Shown: positions 49,961-57,896 of the stretch, piece by piece | How the letters are laid out: each line of letters starts with the position of its first letter | Position numbering within the stretch: the stretch's first letter is position 1 | Source of the DNA: Polyangiaceae bacterium | GTDB lineage: Bacteria > Myxococcota_A > Polyangia > Polyangiales > Polyangiaceae | Direction of reading: 5' to 3' | Assembly (NCBI GenBank): GCA_035063585.1 | Contig: JAPSGB010000008.1 | Span: 128,001 to 192,000 of the forward strand | DNA: 64,000 bases | Notes under the pieces: generated by a model | Databases searched by the model: none | What the model was told of the DNA's origin: nothing | Seen by the model: the letters and a program-made list of their open reading frames with translations, nothing else | Translations under genes and position numbers: made by a program

Positions 49961-50602
49961 GTGAGCGTGCGGAGCGCGAGCGTGGCTGGAGCGTCGGGCG
50001 AGCGGCGGGCGCGAGCGCTCGGCGCGCTCCTCGCGGCGATGGTGGCGCTCGCTTCGGCGTGCGGTCCCGCGGCGACCAACCAGCACGTGGAGCTACCGGC
50101 GCCCATCGAGAGCACCTCGCTCGGGCCCGGGGACGTCTTTCAGATGCAGATCGTGAGCGAGAAGGATCTGCCGCAGCAGTACCAGATCGCCTCCGACGGC
50201 ACCGTGGATTTGCCCTACATCCACCGCCAGAAGGTGGTGGGGCTCGAGCCGCAAGAGGTGCAGGAGCTCGTGACCCGAGAGCTCATCGCGAAGCAGATCC
50301 TGACGAACCCGAGCGTCATCATCTCGGTGCAGGAATATAACAGCAAGAAGGTGACGGTGCTCGGGCAGGTCCAGAAGCCCGGGGCGTTCTCGTTTGCGTC
50401 GGGCATGACGCTGATCCAGGCGATCTCACTGGCGGGCGGGCTCAATTCCATCGCGCACCATGATCGCGTGAACCTCACCCGCAAGCTGAAACAAGGCGCA
50501 AAGACGGTGGTCGTGAGCGTGGACGCGATCACTGAGGGCCGCTCCCCGGACATCCCGCTCCAAGCCGGCGATCAGATCTACGTCCACGAGCGGATCTTCT
50601 GA
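49961..50602 (+). CDS. Short OPX/Wza-family polysaccharide export lipoprotein (start uncertain, 49916-49961)
   Basis: Lipobox ASAC; LGPGDVF...IASDGTVDLPYI (Poly_export); VTVLGQVQKPG...TLIQAISLAGG (SLBB); ends LQAGDQIYVHERIF with no D4 helix. Confidence 0.9.
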   Translation: MSVRSASVAGASGERRARALGALLAAMVALASACGPAATNQHVELPAPIESTSLGPGDVFQMQIVSEKDLPQQYQIASDGTVDLPYIHRQKVVGLEPQEVQELVTRELIAKQILTNPSVIISVQEYNSKKVTVLGQVQKPGAFSFASGMTLIQAISLAGGLNSIAHHDRVNLTRKLKQGAKTVVVSVDAITEGRSPDIPLQAGDQIYVHERIF

Positions 50603-50722
50603 GCCGACCCGAGCCAGCCTTCGGAGCCCCGGGCGGCGCGCGGCTCGCGCCCTGGCGCGGCTCTCCGGGGACCACGACCCGAAATCGGCGAGCCGCGACG
50701 AGCGCGGCCTCGCGCAGGCGGA

Positions 50723-51766
50723 TCAGCGCGGCGCGTAGCGCACGAGGAACGTGAGACGATATTCTGGCGAGCCCGGGGCGGGGAAGCGCTCGGTATCGCG
50801 GTCGCCGCGCGTGTCGACGCGCCGCACGCTCGAGAGCGGGAGCGCGGTGCCGCCGCCGAGCGAGAGCTCGAGCCCGTCGCCGACGCGCGACCGGAGTGAG
50901 GCGAGCCACTCCGCTTGAACGAGTAGCCCGCCCTCCACGCGAGCGCCGCTCGGGAGCGAGTCGGCTTGCGAGGTGAGCGACGGCAGCATCCACGCCTCGA
51001 GCTCGAGCGAGAGGAGCGCGCGCGGCAAGACATCGAACCCGCCGCCGAGCGCGAGGAGCGCCTGGCTGCCGTGGTGCGCGGTGGCAAACCGCACGGCGCG
51101 ACGGAGCCGCGCGCCGGCCATCGCGCTCCCGTGGATGGGGCCTAGGCTCGACTCGAGAGCGAGTGAGGGCGCCGCGAGGATCGCGCCCTCGCTGGCGAGG
51201 GCGCGGCGATCTCCGAAGGGGAGCGAGAGCTCGAGGCGCGCCTTGAGCGCGACGCCGTCACGCTCGTGAGGCGCCGGCTCGACGAGCACGTAGCCCGCGC
51301 CGAGCCGCGGATCTCTCGCCGCGGTGCGCGCGATGGGCGGCGCCGACTGGCTGGTCACGCCCTCGACGCCAGCGCCCGTCTGGTAGAGCGCGAAGGGCAG
51401 CGCGACGTCGACGTCGACGCTGCGACTCACCGCGTATCGCTCGAGGATGGTCGCGTCGAGGAGCCGCTCGACGACCGGCACGGTGCGGCCGTCGGGGTCG
51501 GGTGAGCTCACGCGGAGCGTCACCGGCCGCGACAGAAACGAGAGCGCGAAGCCGGACGCGAGCGTACCGGGCGGCGCGCCGCGCGCGGAGGGGAGGCTCA
51601 GGAAGCGCGCGCCGTCGGGCGCGAGCCACAGCCCGTCGGCGTCGATGCAGGGAGAGAGCCCGGTGGCGGGCGCGCAATCGACGGCGCGCGCCGCGCTGGT
51701 GACGGCCATCGCCGCGACGCACGCTGCGCTCGCGACGATTCCGCGCCGCGCCGACCTCCCCCTCAT
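50723..51766 (-). CDS. Secreted beta-barrel-like protein
   Basis: Signal peptide; VALPFALYQ, DPRLGAGY, LSLPFGD strands; C-terminal RLTFLVRYAP. Confidence 0.65.
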   Translation of the reverse strand: MRGRSARRGIVASAACVAAMAVTSAARAVDCAPATGLSPCIDADGLWLAPDGARFLSLPSARGAPPGTLASGFALSFLSRPVTLRVSSPDPDGRTVPVVERLLDATILERYAVSRSVDVDVALPFALYQTGAGVEGVTSQSAPPIARTAARDPRLGAGYVLVEPAPHERDGVALKARLELSLPFGDRRALASEGAILAAPSLALESSLGPIHGSAMAGARLRRAVRFATAHHGSQALLALGGGFDVLPRALLSLELEAWMLPSLTSQADSLPSGARVEGGLLVQAEWLASLRSRVGDGLELSLGGGTALPLSSVRRVDTRGDRDTERFPAPGSPEYRLTFLVRYAPR

Positions 51767-51858
51767 CCCGCTCTTCCGTGGCTCGCTCGGCTGGTCGCGC
51801 ACGCGTACCGAACCCTAGCTCACCTCGCGCCCGGCGTCGTGGTAAGCGTTTCGCCCGG

Positions 51859-52470
51859 ATGGTCATCAGCGAAGGCTCGCCCCTCGTCCTCGGCTCGGGC
51901 TCGCCGCGCCGGCGCGAGATCCTGGAGACGCTCGGGCTCGCGTTCCGAGCGCAGCCCGCCGAGGTCGACGAAGCGCGGCGTCCGCGCGAGCCCGCGGACG
52001 AGTTCCTCGAGCGCGTGGTGGCCACGAAGCTCGCTGCGGTGTCCGAGAACCTGGGGGAAGCGCCGCTCTCCGGGGTGCTCGTCGCCGACACGATCGTCGT
52101 GGTGGACGGAGAGATCCTCGGCAAGCCCGCCGGCGTCGGCGAGGCCGCCGAGATGCTGCGGAGGCTCGCGGGGCGGGAGCACGAGGTGCAGACGCGCTAC
52201 GCGCTCTCGCTCGCGGACGCGCCCGCGCAGCTCGTGGCGGCTCGCACGGTGTCGTCGCGGGTCGTCATGCGCTCGGCGACCGTGGACGAGCTCGCGCGCT
52301 ACGCGGCGAGCGGTGAGGGGCTCGACAAGGCGGGCGCTTACGCGGTGCAGGGCCTCGGTTCGTTCCTGGTGGAACGAGTGGAGGGCTCCTACACGAACGT
52401 GGTCGGGCTGCCCGCGTGCGAGCTCGTGATGGATCTCCGCGCGGCGGGGCTCATCATGGACTATCCGTGA
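51859..52470 (+). CDS. maf: Maf-family nucleoside triphosphate pyrophosphatase
   Basis: LGSGSPRRREIL, ADTIVV...ILGKP, DKAGAYAVQG, GSYTNVVGLP. Confidence 0.93.
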   Translation: MVISEGSPLVLGSGSPRRREILETLGLAFRAQPAEVDEARRPREPADEFLERVVATKLAAVSENLGEAPLSGVLVADTIVVVDGEILGKPAGVGEAAEMLRRLAGREHEVQTRYALSLADAPAQLVAARTVSSRVVMRSATVDELARYAASGEGLDKAGAYAVQGLGSFLVERVEGSYTNVVGLPACELVMDLRAAGLIMDYP

Positions 52471-53927
52471 GCGCGAGCGCGCGGCCGCCCGGCGCGGCGC
52501 TGGCTTGGCGCGACGGCGCGCTCCTCTTCGTGGTCGGGCTCGCGGCGCGCGCGCTCGCGGTCGCGTGGGCGGCGAGCCGCTTCCCGCCCACCGCCGACGG
52601 ACACTTCTACGACGTCATCGCGCAGCGGATCGCGGAGGGGCACGGCTACACCTGGCTCTGGCCGGACGGCGCGGTGACCTACGCCGCGCACTATCCGGTC
52701 GGGTATCCTGCGCTGGTGGGCGCGCTCTACGCGCTCGGCGGCCCGCACCCAGCGCTCGCCATGGGCGCGAACGCGCTCGTTGGCGCGCTCGCGGTGCCGG
52801 CCGTCTACGCGGTCGCCGGGCGCGCGGCGTCACGCCCGGGCGCGCTCGTCGGGGCGCTCCTCGTCGCGCTCCACCCGGGGCTCGTCTTCTACACGCCGGC
52901 GCTCATGACCGAGGGGGTCGTGGCCGCGCTAGTCGCGGTGGCGGCGTGGCTCGCGGTGCGGGCCTCCGAGAGTCTCCGCGGGCCGCGCGCCGCGTGGCTG
53001 GTCGGGCTCGGCCTGCTGCTCGGCGCCACGACCATGGTGCGTCCGCAGTCGCTCTTGCTCGCGCCGCTCTTCGGCGCGCTCGCGATCGGTCCGGTGAGCG
53101 CGCGCGCGCGCCGGCTGCGTCGCGCCGCGCTCGTCAGGCGCTCGGCTGGCGCCGCACTCGTCACGGCGCTCGCCGTCGCGGTGTGCGTGCCATGGACGGC
53201 GCGAAACTGCGCGCGGATGGGGCGCTGCGCGTTCGTGAGCGTCAACGGCGGGTGGAACCTCTACATCGGCGCGGCGCCCGGCGCGACCGGGAGCTGGGTC
53301 TCGCTCGACGCGCTCGGCGTGCCCGCGTCGTGCCGCGCGGTCTTCGCGGAGGCCGAGAAGGACGCCTGCTTCGGGCGCGCCGCGCTCCAGGAGATCGCCC
53401 GCGCGCCGCTGCGCTACCTCGCGCTCGCGCCGAGCAAGCTGGCGGTGACCTTCGACTACTCGGGCGCGCCGGGCTGGTACCTCCACCAGGCGAACCCGGC
53501 CGCCTTCGATGAGCGCGACAAGCTCCGGCTCGGCGTGCTCGAGACCGCGTGGGAGCGGCTCGCGTCGCTCCTCGCGCTGGTCGCGCTCGCGCGCGCGGAG
53601 GGGCCGCGCCGCCGGGCGCGCGGCGCGCTCGCCGGGCTCGCGGGGCTCTGGTTCTTCACGCGGGCGGCCTGGGTCGGGACCTTGGGTCTGGTCGCGGTCG
53701 CCGCGCTGCTCGGGCGGCGGCTCGCCGAGCACCCTCCGGCGCTGCTCGTCGCCGGGACGCTGGCCCTCACCGCGCTCACGCACGCGGTCTTCTTCGGGGC
53801 GGGCCGCTACTCGCTCGTGTGCTTCGCGCTGCTCCCGGCGCTCTCCGGCGCCGCGTGGCGGCGCGAGGCGCCGCGCGCCGACGACTCCTCGCGCGGCGCG
53901 CGCCCGGATGCCGCCGTGGGGTTTTGA
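52467..53927 (+). CDS. GT-C fold (GT39-like) membrane glycosyltransferase
   Basis: DGHFYD..A..IAEGHGY, HYPVGYP, LMTE, VRPQ, PWTARN, NGGWNLYIG, GRY; GTG start overlaps the maf stop. Confidence 0.78.
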   Translation: MSASARPPGAALAWRDGALLFVVGLAARALAVAWAASRFPPTADGHFYDVIAQRIAEGHGYTWLWPDGAVTYAAHYPVGYPALVGALYALGGPHPALAMGANALVGALAVPAVYAVAGRAASRPGALVGALLVALHPGLVFYTPALMTEGVVAALVAVAAWLAVRASESLRGPRAAWLVGLGLLLGATTMVRPQSLLLAPLFGALAIGPVSARARRLRRAALVRRSAGAALVTALAVAVCVPWTARNCARMGRCAFVSVNGGWNLYIGAAPGATGSWVSLDALGVPASCRAVFAEAEKDACFGRAALQEIARAPLRYLALAPSKLAVTFDYSGAPGWYLHQANPAAFDERDKLRLGVLETAWERLASLLALVALARAEGPRRRARGALAGLAGLWFFTRAAWVGTLGLVAVAALLGRRLAEHPPALLVAGTLALTALTHAVFFGAGRYSLVCFALLPALSGAAWRREAPRADDSSRGARPDAAVGF

Positions 53928-53958
53928 CAGTCTAGGACCGCTTGGGCGATAATCGCCC
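53924..53958 (+). promoter_or_regulatory. Sigma70-type promoter with a palindrome over the -10 box
   Basis: TTGACA (53924-53929), N18, GATAAT (53948-53953); inverted repeat GGGCGAT-A-ATCGCCC at 53944-53958; RBS AGGAG follows. Confidence 0.6.
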
Positions 53959-53973
53959 GAGGAGATCCGCCGC

Positions 53974-54237
53974 ATGCCGCTCATCGAGACCGAAGAGGCC
54001 GCCCGTCGCCTAGCCCGCGCCATCGCCAGCGATCTCTCGCTCTACAACGAGGAGAAGATCGTCCGCGGGATCGAGCAGGACTCACTCTTCACCGAGCTCA
54101 GCGAGGAGATCGAGGAGGGCCGCTCGCTCTACAAGAGTCGCGTGGCCCCCGAGCTCTACCAGCGAAATTTCTACGATCGCGCCTTGGTGGACATCCTCGT
54201 GAAGTCCAAGGGGCACATCAAGAGCCGGATCTGGTAA
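53974..54237 (+). CDS. Small helical hypothetical protein (ARRLARAIASD..LYN motif)
   Basis: Good RBS and promoter; motif resembles a domain I recall at the C-terminus of deltaproteobacterial zinc-ribbon proteins. Confidence 0.8.
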   Translation: MPLIETEEAARRLARAIASDLSLYNEEKIVRGIEQDSLFTELSEEIEEGRSLYKSRVAPELYQRNFYDRALVDILVKSKGHIKSRIW

Positions 54238-54290
54238 CGAGCGACGCGGCTCTGGAGCTCGTCGTCGCGCCGGAGGCGCGGACCGAGCGG

Positions 54291-55202
54291 GTGGACAAGG
54301 CGCTCGCGCGGCTCCTGCCCGACGCGTCGCGGAGCACCATCCAGCGCTGGATAGCGGAGGGTCGCGTGACGCTCCGGGGCGCGCCGTGCCGCGCGCGCGA
54401 TCTGGTGGCGCCTGGCGATCGGGTGTGCGTGCGCCCCGGCGCTCCGCTCCCGACCCGCGCCGAGCCCGACGCCTCCATAGAGGTGAGGGCGCTCTACGAG
54501 GACGCGCACCTCATCGTGCTCGACAAACCGGCGGGGCTGGTCGTGCACCCGGCGCGCGGGCACGCGACCGGCACCCTCGTGAACGCGCTGGTCGCGCGCC
54601 CCGGCTTCGCGCGTGCGCCCACCGACCCGCGCGATCCCGCCGGCGCGCTCCGCCCCGGGATCGTGCACCGCATCGACAAGGAGACCAGCGGGCTCCTCGT
54701 GGTAGCCAAAGACGAGGTCACGCGCGAGGGGCTGAAGGCGCAGCTCGGCGCGCACACGGTCGAGCGCGCGTATCGAGCGCTCACCGTCGGGGTGCCCGAG
54801 CCCGGAATAGTGAACACCGTTTACGCGCGTGATCCACGTTCACGCCTACGATTCACCTCGAAATCCCGGGTCGGCCGCCCGGCGGTGACCCACGTCGCGC
54901 TCGTCGAGCGTCTGGCGGGCGGACGCGCGGCGCTCGTCGAGTGCCGGCTCGAGACGGGGCGCACGCACCAGATCCGGGTGCACCTCGCCGAGCAGCGCCG
55001 CGCGCCGATCCTCGCCGACAAGCTCTACGGCGCCGCGCCGCGCGCTCCGGAGCTCGCGGCGATCGCCGCCGAGCTCGGGCGCCAGGCGCTCCACGCCTAC
55101 GTGCTCGGCTTCGTACACCCGGTAACCGGCGCCGAGCTCCGCTTCGAGTCGCCGTGGCCCGCCGAGCTCGCCCGCGCGCTCGAGCGCCTGCGGGCCCTCT
55201 GA
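54291..55202 (+). CDS. RluA/RluD-family pseudouridine synthase (true start probably slightly upstream)
   Basis: S4-like N-terminus; DKPAGLVVHP, RPGIVHRIDKETSG, LETGRTHQIRVH, RQALHA. Confidence 0.93.
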   Translation: MDKALARLLPDASRSTIQRWIAEGRVTLRGAPCRARDLVAPGDRVCVRPGAPLPTRAEPDASIEVRALYEDAHLIVLDKPAGLVVHPARGHATGTLVNALVARPGFARAPTDPRDPAGALRPGIVHRIDKETSGLLVVAKDEVTREGLKAQLGAHTVERAYRALTVGVPEPGIVNTVYARDPRSRLRFTSKSRVGRPAVTHVALVERLAGGRAALVECRLETGRTHQIRVHLAEQRRAPILADKLYGAAPRAPELAAIAAELGRQALHAYVLGFVHPVTGAELRFESPWPAELARALERLRAL

Positions 55203-55245
55203 CGGATTCGGGGGTCGGTTCGGCGCGGCCGGCGTCGCGTCGCGG

Positions 55246-55443
55246 TCACGAGGCGCGTCGATGTCGGATCCAGCGCACCACCATCCAGCCGACCCCGATG
55301 GCGACGACGCTCCCGCCGACGAGCGCGATGCCCCACGCCGGCCAGGCGTACTCGCCGCGCGCGAGCCCGGGTGGTGGCCGCTCGACGATGATGCGCGGCG
55401 CGGCCTCCGGGGCGCTCGCGACCGGGGCCGGGTCGCCGTCCAT
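55246..55443 (-). CDS. Small single-TM hypothetical protein
   Basis: Fills the gap between two genes; TM WGIALVGGSVVAIGVGWMVV followed by a basic tail. Confidence 0.5.
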   Translation of the reverse strand: MDGDPAPVASAPEAAPRIIVERPPPGLARGEYAWPAWGIALVGGSVVAIGVGWMVVRWIRHRRAS

Positions 55444-55557
55444 GGGTGCTCTCGATACACGCGTGGAGCCTGCCCGGCAACCGCGCGGGGCTCGGGAGCC
55501 GGGTGGGCGCGCCAGGGCCCTGTCGAGAGGCTCGCGCGAGTGGTAAGGTCTCGCGCC

Positions 55558-56574
55558 TTGAGCTCCGCCCCCCTCGACCGCGCGCCAAGAGATGCCGAGC
55601 TCCTCGAGCGCTGCGCCACCGCGACTCGGCAGCTAAGAGAGCAGGTCGCCAAGGTCGTGGTCGGCCAAGACGAGGTCATCGACGCGATGCTCGTCACCCT
55701 GCTGGCGCGCGGGCACGCGCTCCTCGTCGGCGTTCCGGGCCTCGCCAAGACGCTCCTCGTGTCGAGCGTGGCGCGCGCGCTCGGGCTCACCTTCGGGCGC
55801 GTGCAGTTTACCCCGGATCTCCTGCCAGCGGACATCACCGGCACGGACGTCTTGAACGAGCTCGACGCGGGAGGCGGGCTCCGGCGTGAGCTCCGCTTCA
55901 TGCCCGGCCCCATCTTCCACAACCTGGTGCTGGCCGACGAGATCAACCGGACGCCCCCGAAGACCCAGGCCGCGCTCTTGCAAGCGATGCAGGAACGGCA
56001 CGTCACGGTGGGCGGCTCGACGCACCCGCTGCCCGATCCGTTCCAGGTCTTCGCCACGCGCAACCCCATCGAGCAGGAGGGGACCTATCCGCTCCCCGAG
56101 GCGCAGCTCGATCGCTTCCTGCTGGAGGTCCACGTCGAGTACCCGAGCGAGGCCGAGGAGCGTGAAATCGCGCGGCGCACGACCTCGGGCGTCACGGCGG
56201 AGCTCGAGCCCGTGTTGGGGGTCGAGGAGATCCGAAGGCTCGGCGCGCTGGTCCCGCGCATCCCCATCACCGATGAGGCGGTCGAGCTCGCGGTTCGTCT
56301 GGCGCGGGCGTCGCGCCCCGGCGCTCACGCGGCGCCCGAGGCGGTGCGCCAGTACGTCCGCTTCGGCGCCGGGCCGCGCGGCAGCCAGGCGCTGGTGCTC
56401 GCCGCCAAGGCGCGCGCCGCCGCGCGCGGCGAGGCCGCCGCGGATCTCGACGACGTGCGCGCGCTGGCGCTCCCGGCGCTCCGTCATCGGCTGGTGCTCG
56501 GCTACCGCGCCGAGGCCGATGGCGTGAAGGACGCCGAGGTGGTCGAGGCGATCCTGAAGGCCGCGCGCGCCTGA
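55558..56574 (+). CDS. MoxR-family AAA+ ATPase
   Basis: GVPGLAKT, RVQFTPDLLPADITG, LADEINRTPPKTQAALL, NPIEQEGTYPLPEAQLDRF. Confidence 0.93.
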   Translation: MSSAPLDRAPRDAELLERCATATRQLREQVAKVVVGQDEVIDAMLVTLLARGHALLVGVPGLAKTLLVSSVARALGLTFGRVQFTPDLLPADITGTDVLNELDAGGGLRRELRFMPGPIFHNLVLADEINRTPPKTQAALLQAMQERHVTVGGSTHPLPDPFQVFATRNPIEQEGTYPLPEAQLDRFLLEVHVEYPSEAEEREIARRTTSGVTAELEPVLGVEEIRRLGALVPRIPITDEAVELAVRLARASRPGAHAAPEAVRQYVRFGAGPRGSQALVLAAKARAAARGEAAADLDDVRALALPALRHRLVLGYRAEADGVKDAEVVEAILKAARA

Positions 56575-56649
56575 GCGTCGCCCCGGGCGGGCGAGGCGCG
56601 TGGTTCCGCGCCGGGCCGACCTCAATCGAGCGGCGCGCGAGGGCTCCGC

Positions 56650-57444
56650 TCAGCGCGCCTTGAACACGGGCGGGCGCTTCTCGCAGTAAGCGGCGAGCCC
56701 CTCGCGCGCATCTTCCGAGGCGAAGAGCTCGGCCTGCAGCTCGCGCTCGAGCGCCAGCCCCTGATCGATGGGGAGATCGGCGCCGGCTTGGACCGCGCGC
56801 TTGATCCGGCCAACCGCGAGCGCGGCCTTACCGGGCGGCGTGAAGCTGCGCGCGTACTCGACGACCTGCGCTAGAAACTCCTCGCCCGAGGCCGCGTCGT
56901 AGAGCGCGTTCACGAGGCCGAGCTCGAGCGCGCGCGTCGGCTCGAGGTTCTCGCCCTCCACCATGAGCTCGAGCGCGCGCGCCTTGCCGAGCAGGTGGGT
57001 GAGGCGCTGGGTTCCGCCGGTGCCCGGCAGCACGCCGAGCTTCACCTCGGGGAGCCCGATCTTGCCGCGACCGCGGCGCGCGATGCGGAGATCGCACGCG
57101 AGCGCGACCTCGAGACCGCCGCCCACGCAGTGGCCGTTCAGCGCCGCGATGCTGAGCTTCGGTGTCTCCTCGAGGCGGCGGAGCGTCTCGTTGGCGTGGA
57201 GGCAGAAATAGTACTTATAGGTGGGGTCCGCCCGCGTCAGCATCTCGATGTCGGCGCCGCAGCAGAAGTACTTGTCTCCCGCGCCCGTGAGGACGATGAC
57301 GTGGACGCTCGAGTCGAAGCGCGCGGCGAGGATCGCCTCGTCGAGGTCGCGCATCATCTCGTACGAATAGGCGTTGACCGGCGGGTCGTTCAAGGTGATG
57401 ACGGTGACGCCGCTGTCGGTAGTGCTCGAGACCAGCTTGCCCAT
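56650..57444 (-). CDS. Enoyl-CoA hydratase/isomerase (crotonase) family protein
   Basis: FCCGADI, GHCVGGGLEVALACD, LPEVKLGVLPGTGGTQRL. Confidence 0.92.
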   Translation of the reverse strand: MGKLVSSTTDSGVTVITLNDPPVNAYSYEMMRDLDEAILAARFDSSVHVIVLTGAGDKYFCCGADIEMLTRADPTYKYYFCLHANETLRRLEETPKLSIAALNGHCVGGGLEVALACDLRIARRGRGKIGLPEVKLGVLPGTGGTQRLTHLLGKARALELMVEGENLEPTRALELGLVNALYDAASGEEFLAQVVEYARSFTPPGKAALAVGRIKRAVQAGADLPIDQGLALERELQAELFASEDAREGLAAYCEKRPPVFKAR

Positions 57445-57632
57445 GGGATCCTCCAGCTCGACGGGCGCCGAATGCGGCGAGCTCGGCCGAGCCGCGCCAC
57501 CCTAGCACCTCGGGCGGGCGGCCGGAGCGCGTCACGTGAGCCGACCCGGCCTCCCGGCCTCTCGCTCCGCGCCCGACCTGAGAGCTGGGTTGGCGCGCGA
57601 GGGCGCGCTATGCTGAGCCTCAGCAACTTCGC

Positions 57633-57896
57633 ATGGATCTAGAAGCCTTGAAGCTCGATTTGAAGCGGCTCCTCATCGAGGAGCTCGATCTGCGAGATCG
57701 CGCCGCCTCGGACATCGACGCGGACGCGCCGCTCTTCGGTGAGGGGCTCGGCCTCGACTCGCTCGACGCCCTCCAGCTCGTGATGGTGGTCGAGGAGCGA
57801 TTCGGCGTCCGCATCCCGGAGGGTGAGCAAGCCAAGGCGATCCTCGCGTCGGTCACCGCGCTCGCCGAGCACATCGCCCGCCAAAATGCCGCCTGA
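57633..57896 (+). CDS. Acyl carrier protein
   Basis: PLFGEGLGLDSLDALQL phosphopantetheine motif. Confidence 0.92.
   Translation: MDLEALKLDLKRLLIEELDLRDRAASDIDADAPLFGEGLGLDSLDALQLVMVVEERFGVRIPEGEQAKAILASVTALAEHIARQNAA

Noticed and set aside
56575..56649. GC hairpins between convergent genes as terminators
   Set aside because: Short stems without U-tracts; not distinguishable from background.
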